Positions 48,601-55,505 of a stretch of DNA of 64,000 nt are shown in pieces (position 1 is the stretch's first letter; every line of letters starts with the position of its first letter). The position numbers and the translations under genes are program-made. This stretch comes from a virus. The DNA lies in the IMG/VR virus record IMGVR_UViG_3300007522_000367, positions 23,059 to 87,058 of that record. The stretch is one strand, 5' to 3'. The notes under the pieces are model-generated. The model was not told where the DNA came from, ran no database searches, and saw only the letters and a program-made list of their open reading frames with translations.

Positions 48601-51465
48601 AGTGTTAAACGTATAATCTCTACCTTGAACTAATTGTACTTCATTTAAGTATACTTGCACTGCTATTCTTGAAGGTGTACTTAATGAAAATGCTGTTGAC
48701 AACGGGTAATACAATTCGTCGGCATCAATTACGGCAGTAGTTAGTTTCTTAGTTGCACCGGTAGGAATCATGTCACTAAAGAAAAACGGTTGTGTAGAAG
48801 TTTTATCTTTATTAATTTCTGTTAGAATTGCATCTACATGTGATTTAATAGTACCGCTAAAACTTATATCTTCTGCTGTCTGTAAGAATAATCTTTTAAA
48901 AGTTGAGTATTGCAGCATTGCAAACTTTAAACTTTTTACAACATTTGCATCGTTATCTAACATATGATACATTGCAAGATTCATTGGTGAACTATGTTGT
49001 ACAAATCTACGACCTAGTTCTGTTACATTTCCAATATCTCTTAAATTACTTGTACCCGGATATGTTCCTACAAATTCATCATTTTGTTCTACAATAGTAG
49101 CAACGTGATCATTTACTTCGCCAAGCGTAAATTCTGTAATATTTTCATTTCCAGGATTTCTTTCTAAGGAAGCTGGAATTTCATAATACCCGTTTGCATT
49201 TTTTGTAGCTGCACTACGTGCCTTAATAAGAACTACGTCATTTAAAGTTAATGAATTTATAAATGTTACTATTGCATTATTATTAACATTAGTAGTAATA
49301 GTATAATCTGTACCTTCAAATTGTAATTTATTGTTTAAATATACTCTTGTCCAAAGATCAGTTAATAGGCCACTATTGTCATACATGTCAATAATAAACC
49401 CAACACTAGTATTGTCAAATATATATTGTCTAATTACTAGTTGTTCGCTAAGTACATTAATTTTTTTCCAACCTGATAAGGTAATATATGTATCTAATGC
49501 AGAATATTTTCTTAAAAATCCAATATCAGTATTTTTAGTAAAAGCGTTATTTACAGATGTGTAGGTAAACGAATCAAATAATAAATTAAAATCAAAAACA
49601 ATGTCACCGACATTATTAATACTTCTATAAGAAAGTGGAAACTTTAACTCGTCATCAGGTGTGCCATTTCCTACTCGATAACTAAACAGTTTGTTCCCTG
49701 CAAATGTTGAAGACGGGTATACAGTTGTGTCTGCATAAGATTTACCGTTAATATCAAAAATATCAAATAACGGAGGCTGATTAGCTTGTGTTTTATCTTG
49801 TGTAAGTTTCCACTCTATACCAGTATAATACAACATCTTACCTTTGTAAGTTGTGCCATTTAATACTAACACAACTTCATTAGTTTGTGGAACTGAATCA
49901 GTTTCTGGAATTAATGTGATTTGCCTGTTAGTTGCGGCACCACTTGCAAAGTTAATAAATTGAACTTTAAAAATTCGACCAGATACTAATATATCAGTGT
50001 CTGCTGTAAACATAATACGCATGCCGTCGGCAAGATCAATGCCATCAACGTTGTATCCTGGCGATCCTTCAATAGTTGAAAATGCATCTATCGTAAAATC
50101 ATCAACTAAATTAACATCTGTTTTAGCAACAGTACCAAATTGATTTAATTTTAGATCTGCTTCAAATTCAATAATAGGACGTTTAGCACGTTGTAACTGA
50201 TCTACATCAACAATTTGTCCATTTGCTGTTGCTGCTGTTTCAATAACACTTTTATGAAACCAACGGTTATAACGACTCCACAAGTTGCCGTCGATACTTG
50301 CACGATTGATTACGATGTAATCTTTATCTTCTGGATAGCCAATTGCTACGCTGTAAGGAAGTCTATCAAATCCTTGTGCATCAAATTCTACATCAATATT
50401 AGCAGTAAATGCTGTTGGAACATTTAAACTTGTTTCTGCAATAAGATTAATACGACTACCAACACCTTCAACATAAAATGTAACGTTTGCATAAGCAGCG
50501 GGTTCTACTTCGCCGGTAAACTCAATTTTCATTCCGTTTGATAGTTCTATACCATTACTACTTTTATAGAAACGCTTACCGACTACTTCTTTTTCAACAT
50601 CAATAAAAGTTGCTTCGCTAATGTCTTTAACAATAATAGTACCACTTGCTTCTAGGTCGTTTGCTGCTACATAGTATAATACTTCAGGGGTATCTGTACC
50701 TAATTGTAATGTACTAATACCTTTTTCTAGTCCCTGTACACTAACACCTTCAAGCACTAGAATACTTGAACTATCTAACTCAAATCCGTCTTCAAGTGTT
50801 CTCTTTGTCTTAATTGTAAATGGTAAGTTTGGAGTATCAATATCAAACTTGTAGGTAATTCCTCTATAAAGAGTAATTGTAGGGTTTTGTGTTAATCCGT
50901 CTGGACTGAATACATAAGTGTTATTATCAACATTATCACCGATGCGAACAGTGTAAGTACTTTCAACATCAACTGTATTCCCTGCAATTCCAATTGTCTG
51001 CGGACCTAAAGGTAACCAGTAGTATTCACGAAAGTTACTAAACTTATCCCAATCAATACTAGGATTCCATGCATATTGTTCTTGCTGGTTGAACACACTA
51101 TGATTGTCGTTAGATTTATTAAAATTGTTTAACTGATTAACAAAGTCGTTATAGTCTTTGTAAAAAGTAACATTATCTAAATTGTCTTTGATAACTGCCG
51201 CTGGTTCTAATTGATAGTTAAACCTATCAGCTGATACATCACCGATATAATTGTCACTCGCAGTAAATGCTCTAGCAGTTTCTCTACCAATATATCCGTT
51301 GAGTTTTTGAACTACGCCTGGCTGTATTAATTGGTCTAATGTACTATTTAAAAACTTCTTGTTTGGAATTGTTCTAAAAAATCTTGGAAGGAAAGATTCA
51401 CTGCTGCGTTTGTTAGTGCCGTCTGCTGGCAACGCTGATTCATTTTGGTCGTTATCGTAAGACAT
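36631..51465 (-). CDS. giant (4944 aa) baseplate wedge/structural protein
   Basis: Follows gp6; FG-GAP-like repeats, CBM5/12-like repeats, GSGY..P repeats, F.ADG.T..F.L repeats. Confidence 0.75.
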   Translation of the reverse strand: MSYDNDQNESALPADGTNKRSSESFLPRFFRTIPNKKFLNSTLDQLIQPGVVQKLNGYIGRETARAFTASDNYIGDVSADRFNYQLEPAAVIKDNLDNVTFYKDYNDFVNQLNNFNKSNDNHSVFNQQEQYAWNPSIDWDKFSNFREYYWLPLGPQTIGIAGNTVDVESTYTVRIGDNVDNNTYVFSPDGLTQNPTITLYRGITYKFDIDTPNLPFTIKTKRTLEDGFELDSSSILVLEGVSVQGLEKGISTLQLGTDTPEVLYYVAANDLEASGTIIVKDISEATFIDVEKEVVGKRFYKSSNGIELSNGMKIEFTGEVEPAAYANVTFYVEGVGSRINLIAETSLNVPTAFTANIDVEFDAQGFDRLPYSVAIGYPEDKDYIVINRASIDGNLWSRYNRWFHKSVIETAATANGQIVDVDQLQRAKRPIIEFEADLKLNQFGTVAKTDVNLVDDFTIDAFSTIEGSPGYNVDGIDLADGMRIMFTADTDILVSGRIFKVQFINFASGAATNRQITLIPETDSVPQTNEVVLVLNGTTYKGKMLYYTGIEWKLTQDKTQANQPPLFDIFDINGKSYADTTVYPSSTFAGNKLFSYRVGNGTPDDELKFPLSYRSINNVGDIVFDFNLLFDSFTYTSVNNAFTKNTDIGFLRKYSALDTYITLSGWKKINVLSEQLVIRQYIFDNTSVGFIIDMYDNSGLLTDLWTRVYLNNKLQFEGTDYTITTNVNNNAIVTFINSLTLNDVVLIKARSAATKNANGYYEIPASLERNPGNENITEFTLGEVNDHVATIVEQNDEFVGTYPGTSNLRDIGNVTELGRRFVQHSSPMNLAMYHMLDNDANVVKSLKFAMLQYSTFKRLFLQTAEDISFSGTIKSHVDAILTEINKDKTSTQPFFFSDMIPTGATKKLTTAVIDADELYYPLSTAFSLSTPSRIAVQVYLNEVQLVQGRDYTFNTEGYVLITAAKQPDDIVDIYEYETTNGSYVPPTPSKLGLYPSYEPAKYLDDTYQTPRYIIQGHDGSKIAAFDDYRDDLLLELEKRIFNNIKVGYDTNFLNIHSLIGGDYRNTAVSKRQIDRVILADFLQWTKLIDQDYTLHNFFDRANSFTFNYAGSTGPTGAVLPGFWRQIYQQAYDTDRPHTHPWEMLGFTVMPTWWETQYGPAPYTKENLLLWQDIEAGIVRQPGVKYKILNNYKRPGLTNHLPVNSEGNLLSPIESGYINYFDNQLLDESFVFGDGAPIESAWRASSQYPFSVITAFAINKPHMLFATGFDRINQVRNISGDLIYAKTNTRIKLSDIVFPNTYEDTVQVYTSGVVNYIANYMAADITTSYTAYKSNIRTIKNQLGYKLAGFTDKDKFRLILDSRTPLNEGNVFVPDENYKIFLNTSTPIKTVSYSGVIVERRSDGYVIKGYDTEIASFNYYAAISTQSDPSINIGGISESYLIWDSGKQYVAGQNIEYQGAYYRVKSNFISSTDFDTTNLVKLPALPLIGGRTAFVRRKVNKTIVLEADYGQLFVTIQDVVDFLLGYGEYLMDQGFVFDYYEGDAKVVLNWRHSVNEFLFWTTQNWGEGSVITLSPAATQLKFVSEYSMVDNIFDSFYGYSLLQSDGTKLVQEFSTLGRSPNEFIIRPRNTADGVFAVKLPLVQKEHVLLIDNKTVFGDIIYDTQPGYRQERIKVLGYVTQEWDGSLNIPGFIYDDAKATTWESWTDYAIGSIVKYKEFYYSASTKLSGAESFDANDWNRLNEKPEAGLYANFEYKTNQFADFYDLDSDNFDTEQQRMAQHLIGYQKRQYLENIINDDVSQYKFYQGMIQDKGTKNALTKLFDVLSSADKDSLEFYEEWAIRDGQYGASDGFEEYELLLDESKFRLTPQPIDLVTSTTGTETDLVYRILPYEVYQKTPNYNHKPFPEKYVDTSYVKNAGYVNPEDVRGIATSYANIVDFNFVDVKITDYIWVGNDNLDWGVYKHVDTDYEVEAVSAGTTSFTLTLTTNVTDIEVDDVIGLHSFSNYVEYIAEDSTAASTTEKFDLDGFYVVSAVDKNVITLLTPTVQTEITKCVGSITCFLKVRAANISSANTILQQNLDTNDYLWIDNVSGLGKWSVLKNENLFTEQLRLTKPSTSSDVSFGTAMSVDDRNTTLIVGAPDQGDGKVYVYSRATDSINFVQTQVIEPFKFGNDLEQFGAAVAVSPDGAYVIVGSPNASNVKTKYAGTFVPGSDYGKGSIVAKDQQLWKSLVDIEGEEASIQFNSFNSITYIVDVLNIENTSTESIPTLLVGNYAIDPNEASLAFLNQPVTHLLIRAPLAQYDGSGVGNQIKLAWNQTTYSNQGLAALASRSPFNGSFAVIDAAFIEQTHTIQKKIDVVLYVRSSTVQPELGDILQTQTALGTVDYIFNVGAEVVMYLTGVNGTFSSTDSLFRNDGDFIGEYILQGPSDSIDTSTQLGGFWYIDTPSYTPTAITENTDQGRGLVFYDVITDIAHASTVFYNSLDYNTATTSSQNTYNAYIQKLSYQGLPGAYGSTSPFLSNLYVVRAPKAISDAFVQGYNIELYVNQLPQYGTSIIRDLTAIGLSTSTTNATQIIYDVWDGYINFNYTKFDAAGNPFEPKVGQTVADLTTGATGVVAFYQRKGLNVTVFIKSLTGTWSEGDVYGQNAEIRFNLIPGDPSPTYQANRTMGQIQYVSLGLPSEGIGKLLVFEAPTTIPLTLSSSLLDIEYWFYTTATVSGIPRLANSPSAVNNEWTQVYQIPAETTGTSSGLANEGLYTIYSKAAPGRYDRIASYTVPEKQANFKLGSSIKITKNGNLYRGFVHAEGSKTSSLPGRLYFIKKGEENSLTYNWDYAKNKNFKGTFSPGLNYFTNDIVYLSNDLYVAKTNIAAGAFNFNDWNLTSDLVDYVGFIPNSTGLSVGDDSTLTILNQTGLEEFGSQFDIATSGEVLVVNALYDVTSPNQIVVYRSNKGHFEKSQEIDAPDKTSAFGYSVSISTDGMLIAISAPLNDDYKADQGIVYIYKQVDGVFVQSQTLSSPNNERAEMFGWKVEFDGEKLHVSSRSADSKTKTYFDAFTTVFDSGFTDFKTVNKDVGVVYVYEKIESELLFAQTIQIPDSDVNYFGRNILAKNNHLYVGLPTKVSGIYTGQVIDFSNSKLSTMWTTHRAAKPTVDINKIKKMFLYNTKENELLTYIDYIDPIQGKVAGVAEQELTFKTYYDPALYDTSLIGGTTVDVTNSWGSDHIGEVWWNLTNAKFYNPYQGNVIYSTQNWTKVFQGSTIDVYEWVESDVLPSVWDAAADTENGFAKGYSGTSLHSDSAYSTKRKYDSIAGTFKTTYYFWVANKKITPDVEFRKINISDVADYIADPVAKGYTFAGLISPSSFVLYNVEGYIKGTDVALSTQFWTIQNQDQNVHTQYQIISEGLETSQPNRDIIRKWYDSLVGYDEQNRVVPDPTLSLKQKYGSLNRPRQSWFANRYEALKQFIERTNLILKENLIVDDKIFTTLFNADPAPGKVTNIWDATVDTIDDLAFIGVAKATQAIVSPVVVDGKIVRVDIVNPGRGYRVPPTVTVAGAGTGAEFQTTIDALGRITEVTVVEPGEYYNTNPTLTVRRFTVLVNSDSAIQGKWALYERISETRTWNRIQSQSYNVRLYWDYADWYATSYSALTEIDYLIDNSYELTALDDTIGDVVKISTVGTGGWLLLEKVDDQNTSDYTVNYNTVGRQDGTIQFKSTLYDTVESSTGFDTISFDTKIYDSEPVIELRTILTSIKDDLFIDELLVSFNALFFAGLRYAFSEQTYIDWAFKTSFIKAKHNVGMLREDITFNNDNLPSYEAYIKEVKPFGTKIREYLSAYEGLDNTSTVVTDFDLPPSYNVVEGNIVPQSIKVQDGVLIGVNADVETYPNKNWLDNNGYKITSVKVVNQGSGYRSSPELTLSGSGGAVLKAHIGTNGKVTKVDVVNAGSGYYSAPTVSALNNIVDGGEEATYSVQIGNGLVRGIHSTVKFDRTTGTYVYTIISQTETFTASGNKYEFNLVWPMDLSRSTINVYVNTQEALNSEYTYSNLLDTTKGYDRYYGQISFTEAQANGKSIRVEYKKTVSLMQAQDRINNYYTPTVGMTGKDLNQLMTGLDYGGVEVKSFGFGPGRGWDADGWYEDTWDSYDTTFEDEIFELDGSTISLDLAAPLASGVVYNIYKNGVRVDDVNYGTATPVTNPNAICQSITGDGTTTVVFLDNDGLDLANQAGDIIIIRKTTSDGTYLPEPNSYDTILTGGNLNYSTATGLRAEDITIDGDGFVTATTSSGPEELVPGQLLDTVDIKVYERPKNGSSQITSRNYTGDGVTTTFSLDIAPLQANSLFVKVEYNIVLAEDYTINYANKLVTFNTAPALNAKIHLAVLGVSGTDILDIDNFVADGITSKFLTNVRFVENLQYFVTLNGETLSNVIQESDNTYEYPNNVVISFATPPAAGSVISYAFFSGATQNFSEVSIDTFTADGSTVAFELNQTPFNNEPSAWFSIVKVNNKILNAGYTRRFITTAASREYRLEEFQVPVGAISNKEMKVFLNNVELAYNLDWTYTGNGSIVRLKTRVKQQDGDILNVYITSDGQYRYGYFDSSNEFVSTPSTLYIDSAYNEGDVITVYQFSNHDSQGFDRQQYDIVDRISLTVGTADWYQYNHLTAGLIELSRRALDAQYVWVTLNGDLLIPSVHYYVTNNKRYVKINVEITANDVVELLHFADPVLVNKYGWSQFKDMLNRTHYKRLDDRNGVMLAADLKWYDQSITVTDGSSLPEPSPTSSVPGILFIDGERIEYFVRNGNVLSQLRRGTLGTGVKTVYLEGENVYNQGPTATMPYKDETLTSQFLADGTTATYPLDFVPNSVNEFEVFVGGRRLRKNTISSYVMPNPTAQDSPEGDVTLPAEFSISGSALTLLETPIENVKVTIVRHTGIVWNALGTPLGESDTDISRFLRAATVDLPR

Positions 51466-51467
51466 TA

Positions 51468-54400
51468 TTAATAAGGCCCTCCAGTTATAGATAATCCACT
51501 GCTTGTTAAACCTGTGTTAACTGTTGTTGCATTTGTAGTAATAGCACCACTTGAACGAAGCCTTGTAGCAGTTACAGCGTCAATTAGTTCAATGTCAGCA
51601 ACAGTTGCTGCGCTTATAAAAATTTCATCAGACTCTGATTTTATTTCAAATAAACTACCAAACGTTTGTGCTGCTTGGTTTGGAACTATTACAAATGTTA
51701 CTAAGTTAGGTGTTAATTGTTGCATAACGTATGTGCTCAACTCTGTAAAATAGAACGGTTCTCCAAACTCCCAATTTTCTAGAGCAAAAAATTCATTGAT
51801 TGCTGCAATTACTCTAGTTTTAATGTCATTATCGTTAATCACAATATCAGGATTCTTTACAATTTTAAATTTTGCTTGTAGTGTTGCATCGGCTATTTCT
51901 CCAAACAGTATCTTATACTTAACTGGATGATAAATAATTTCGTCACTAATTGACTTAATTTTGTTAAGTGATTGTCCGTAATTTAAATACAATTGATCAC
52001 TACTCGGTGAAAGAGGTTTTGTACTTACTGTGCCGTCAATATAAAGCCTAAAGTTATTATCATATGACTTTGTTAATAGATACACATCTACAATATTACT
52101 TACACTTGGGTCAATTCTGCTACTTGCATCTGCTGCATGTACATAATGAAATTTAAGTTTATCGCGACCAATTTTAGCAAGATAGCTTTGTGTCGTAGTA
52201 AGAACGCCTGTTGTTTTATTTAAAATCTGAAATAAATCTTCTGCTATAAAATAAAATATTTGATTATTATCAGCCATTGTTGTATTAGATAAAGAAATCT
52301 TAGTATCAATTACTTGTATACTGCCTGTACCATCTGAGAATACATATTTTCCAAGGTCCGTTGAAACGGCTGTTGAAATATAATTATATTCTTCTACACC
52401 ATCAATAGTAGTTGTCTTTAATTGAAATACATACTTGGTTAACGGATTAACAGTTTCATTTACTATTTCATCAAATATTTGAGGATCATCAACTACACCG
52501 TCGTCGTCACCGTCAAAAAAGCTAACTTGAATTTTGCTACTGTCTACATAACCTTCGGCGTCTCTATATTCTTCAACGATTTCCCAATCAAAATCAACAG
52601 CAAACGGCGAAGTTAAATCAGGAGACTTATTAATGTTTAAAACTGAAATTTTATCTTTAATAATTTTACCAGTTCTATTGTTGTAAATTTTATCCGAGCT
52701 ATCAAAATAGAATCTAATTTCTTCAGCACTTTCAAATACATATCTACTAGCACGATATGTAATTGTATATGTTTCACCGTTTGTTTCAAACAGTAATAAC
52801 CAACTTGCATCTAATTGTTGATTAGTTGTATCACCAGTTTTACCAATACTAAAGAGACTGTCAATGTTTAAGTTGTTAGTTGTAACTATTCGCCATTCGC
52901 CTATATTAACGTCAAATCTTAAACCAAAGCTATTGTATGCAAATACTTGATCAATCAATTGTAGAGAAACAGCTGGTTGTAATTCTGTTGCTAGTCTAGG
53001 TATTATTTGTGTAAGCCTTGCACGATTTGCTACGTCCAGTAAATCACCTGGAATATTATCATTAAGCATTACTGGTCCGGTGCCGTCTGCATTTGTTGCT
53101 GTTCCGTCGCCTACTACACTGATAATTTTAGTCCATTTGTATAACGTGCCGCCTGACGGTATACCCGAACTAAGTATATTACCTAATTTATTATCATTTT
53201 CACTTTGAAAATACTTTCCTACCGGTGGTTCAAATTTAACAAGTGTTCCTGGTTTTAATAATTTCAATGTACTTGCAGTAAATGCACTTAGCTGAGAACG
53301 TGTGCCAACGGTGTTAGTAAAATATCCTGTATTTTGATTTGTATCGACTGTTTGACTATTCCAAGTTATTCCTAAGTCGCCTACTAGAGTTTTAGGAAAA
53401 CTATTATAGTAATAGTTTTTAATTTTTTTATCAGTGAGTATAGGTTCTATAATATTTGCAATTGCACCTTCAATATCAGTTTTAGAAATAAAACTAAATT
53501 TTAATTTAGGTATTAAAAACTCTTTTGTTATAATACCATCGATGCCAAACAAGTTAGTTTTAGAGTATTTTCCAGTTGCATCTACTAGATCTAGATAACG
53601 ACTAATTCCGCTTGCAGTTCTGTTAACACTTTTTACTTTAATAATTTCTTGACTAATACTTAACGGAGCAATTTGATAATCTTCAGCAGTTATCATTCTG
53701 TTCTGTGTGTAGTAAGTTGCAGGTGCATTGCGTTTAATACTTGCACTTGATTCGCTTGAACTTGCATTATCAACAGTATACTTTAATTGAAATACCATTG
53801 TAACCTGTTCTGTTTTACCAGTTTTACTGATGTACGGAACTTTAATACTAACACCGCGCATATCTGCCGGCTCAATTACGATACGCTGATTTTTACTTGT
53901 TCTGTAATATACTCTAAAATTACCTTGTGGCAAGTTACCAAATGTACCATCAGAGAATATTAAACTGATTCTATCATTTGCTCTTGTAAGTACACTGTAG
54001 ATGTTTCTAATACTTTTGCTTAAACTATTGTAGATTACGTTGTTGCCTTCAACAGCATCAACCTTTGACCATAGTTCTTCTTCAAGACCAAAGTTGTCAA
54101 CTTTATACAACCATACATCAGAGTTATTAATATTAGTTGCATCAATTGCAACAACTTGATTAGTACTCGGACTGTCAACTGTAAATGTACCTTGGTCCAT
54201 TGCACCTTGTCTAAAGTGACAGAAGTAACCAGTATTAGAACTTGCAGGACCTTTGCCGTCGTTTCTGTAAAGGAATGCAAAGTTGTTTCCTGGAAACGGT
54301 GCTTCTTCTTTAATTTCGCCGTTGTCTACATCAGTTGAGACAATTTCAAATCTACTAGTTGATCCGCTAATTGTTTTATTAAATCCGTATACTGGCAATT

Positions 54401-54983
54401 CAGTATTAGCACTACTTAATCTATACTGCTCTGTAGGTACACCTGCAACTGTATCTTTTTTTGCAGGGCGTCCAATACTAGAATTAACAGGCAGCGCTGC
54501 ATTTAAAATTTTAGTAAATTGTTCTTGCCAATTAGGGTTGCTTGGATCGTTCCAGATAACTGTTTGGTTTGCTAAGTTTATGTTATTTGAATCTCTAACA
54601 ACTTCTGTTGTGTTAACACTTTCAATTTTAAGCAACCCGTTTGCTGCTTGATTACGTTTAGGATTGTAGGAAAGCAAACGTGCAAGACGGAGAACTGATT
54701 CTCTACGTTCTGCAAGCTCTAAAAAGTTTTCACGTGCATTTAAGTCAGTACGGAAAGCAATGTTTTGACCTAGGAAAGCAATTAGATCAATAAGTGCAAG
54801 GTACTCTGAACTTTCAATGTAATCGTTAAAATCTTCTGGATAATTTTGACGAATGTAATTGATCATTGTTCGACGTAAATTGTCAAAGTCGTATGATTTG
54901 AAGTCGGCGTTTCTATAACTCTGATAGATACGCTTCCAATCTTCTGCTACTAATAAACGGTTTTGTCTGTCTGTACTTGACAT
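51468..54983 (-). CDS. gp6: baseplate wedge subunit, T4 gp6-like
   Basis: YDFDNLR...DLIAFLG..ARENFLELAERRESVLRLARLLSYNP; FSDGTFGNLP; ESSASIKRNAP..QNRMITAEDY. Confidence 0.82.
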   Translation of the reverse strand: MSSTDRQNRLLVAEDWKRIYQSYRNADFKSYDFDNLRRTMINYIRQNYPEDFNDYIESSEYLALIDLIAFLGQNIAFRTDLNARENFLELAERRESVLRLARLLSYNPKRNQAANGLLKIESVNTTEVVRDSNNINLANQTVIWNDPSNPNWQEQFTKILNAALPVNSSIGRPAKKDTVAGVPTEQYRLSSANTELPVYGFNKTISGSTSRFEIVSTDVDNGEIKEEAPFPGNNFAFLYRNDGKGPASSNTGYFCHFRQGAMDQGTFTVDSPSTNQVVAIDATNINNSDVWLYKVDNFGLEEELWSKVDAVEGNNVIYNSLSKSIRNIYSVLTRANDRISLIFSDGTFGNLPQGNFRVYYRTSKNQRIVIEPADMRGVSIKVPYISKTGKTEQVTMVFQLKYTVDNASSSESSASIKRNAPATYYTQNRMITAEDYQIAPLSISQEIIKVKSVNRTASGISRYLDLVDATGKYSKTNLFGIDGIITKEFLIPKLKFSFISKTDIEGAIANIIEPILTDKKIKNYYYNSFPKTLVGDLGITWNSQTVDTNQNTGYFTNTVGTRSQLSAFTASTLKLLKPGTLVKFEPPVGKYFQSENDNKLGNILSSGIPSGGTLYKWTKIISVVGDGTATNADGTGPVMLNDNIPGDLLDVANRARLTQIIPRLATELQPAVSLQLIDQVFAYNSFGLRFDVNIGEWRIVTTNNLNIDSLFSIGKTGDTTNQQLDASWLLLFETNGETYTITYRASRYVFESAEEIRFYFDSSDKIYNNRTGKIIKDKISVLNINKSPDLTSPFAVDFDWEIVEEYRDAEGYVDSSKIQVSFFDGDDDGVVDDPQIFDEIVNETVNPLTKYVFQLKTTTIDGVEEYNYISTAVSTDLGKYVFSDGTGSIQVIDTKISLSNTTMADNNQIFYFIAEDLFQILNKTTGVLTTTQSYLAKIGRDKLKFHYVHAADASSRIDPSVSNIVDVYLLTKSYDNNFRLYIDGTVSTKPLSPSSDQLYLNYGQSLNKIKSISDEIIYHPVKYKILFGEIADATLQAKFKIVKNPDIVINDNDIKTRVIAAINEFFALENWEFGEPFYFTELSTYVMQQLTPNLVTFVIVPNQAAQTFGSLFEIKSESDEIFISAATVADIELIDAVTATRLRSSGAITTNATTVNTGLTSSGLSITGGPY

Positions 54984-55011
54984 GGATTTGCTTTCCTCTT
55001 AACTTATAGTG

Positions 55012-55018
55012 TATTTAT
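55012..55018 (-). promoter_or_regulatory. late promoter ATAAATA
   Basis: Intergenic, upstream of GAGG RBS of gp6. Confidence 0.6.
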
Positions 55019-55043
55019 TAATTTGAATAAACCACGTATATAA

Positions 55044-55493
55044 TTAATTGGCTAAAAATCCGTTATTTTGGTCAAATATTAATTGCATATTTTCTACAAT
55101 ATTGTAGGGTAAAAATATCAATGTTGCTTCTATTTGTAAGCCACTTTCGTACTGATCAACTACTATGTTAGTAACACTTACTCTAGGATCGTAGTTAATA
55201 ATAGTAGTTACATTTTCAGCAATAATCTGTTTGATATTTTCAGTTAATGGTTCATATAGAATGTCCCAAATAATTGTACCAAAATTAGGATTGCTTAAAA
55301 GTTCGCCTTGACGAATATGAAAGTGATTAATAATATCTTGTTTTACAATTTGTAAATCATACAGTTGAAATCCAACATTGTTTGGATTAACTGTAGAAAA
55401 TCCCCTATAGGTTTTTTCACCTATACCATAGTCAGGACGAGTAGTACCTTTTACAGTAATTTGTTTATAAAGATTTTTCTCTAGTGTGCTCAT
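55044..55493 (-). CDS. gp25: baseplate wedge subunit gp25-like
   Basis: VKQDIINHFHIRQGELLSNPNFGTIIWDILYEP...YDPRV. Confidence 0.85.
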   Translation of the reverse strand: MSTLEKNLYKQITVKGTTRPDYGIGEKTYRGFSTVNPNNVGFQLYDLQIVKQDIINHFHIRQGELLSNPNFGTIIWDILYEPLTENIKQIIAENVTTIINYDPRVSVTNIVVDQYESGLQIEATLIFLPYNIVENMQLIFDQNNGFLAN

Positions 55494-55497
55494 ACTG

Positions 55498-55504
55498 TAT
55501 TTAC
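55498..55504 (-). promoter_or_regulatory. putative late promoter GTAAATA, 4 nt before ATG
   Basis: GTAAATA-cagt-ATG(55493). Confidence 0.5.
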
Positions 55505-55505
55505 C

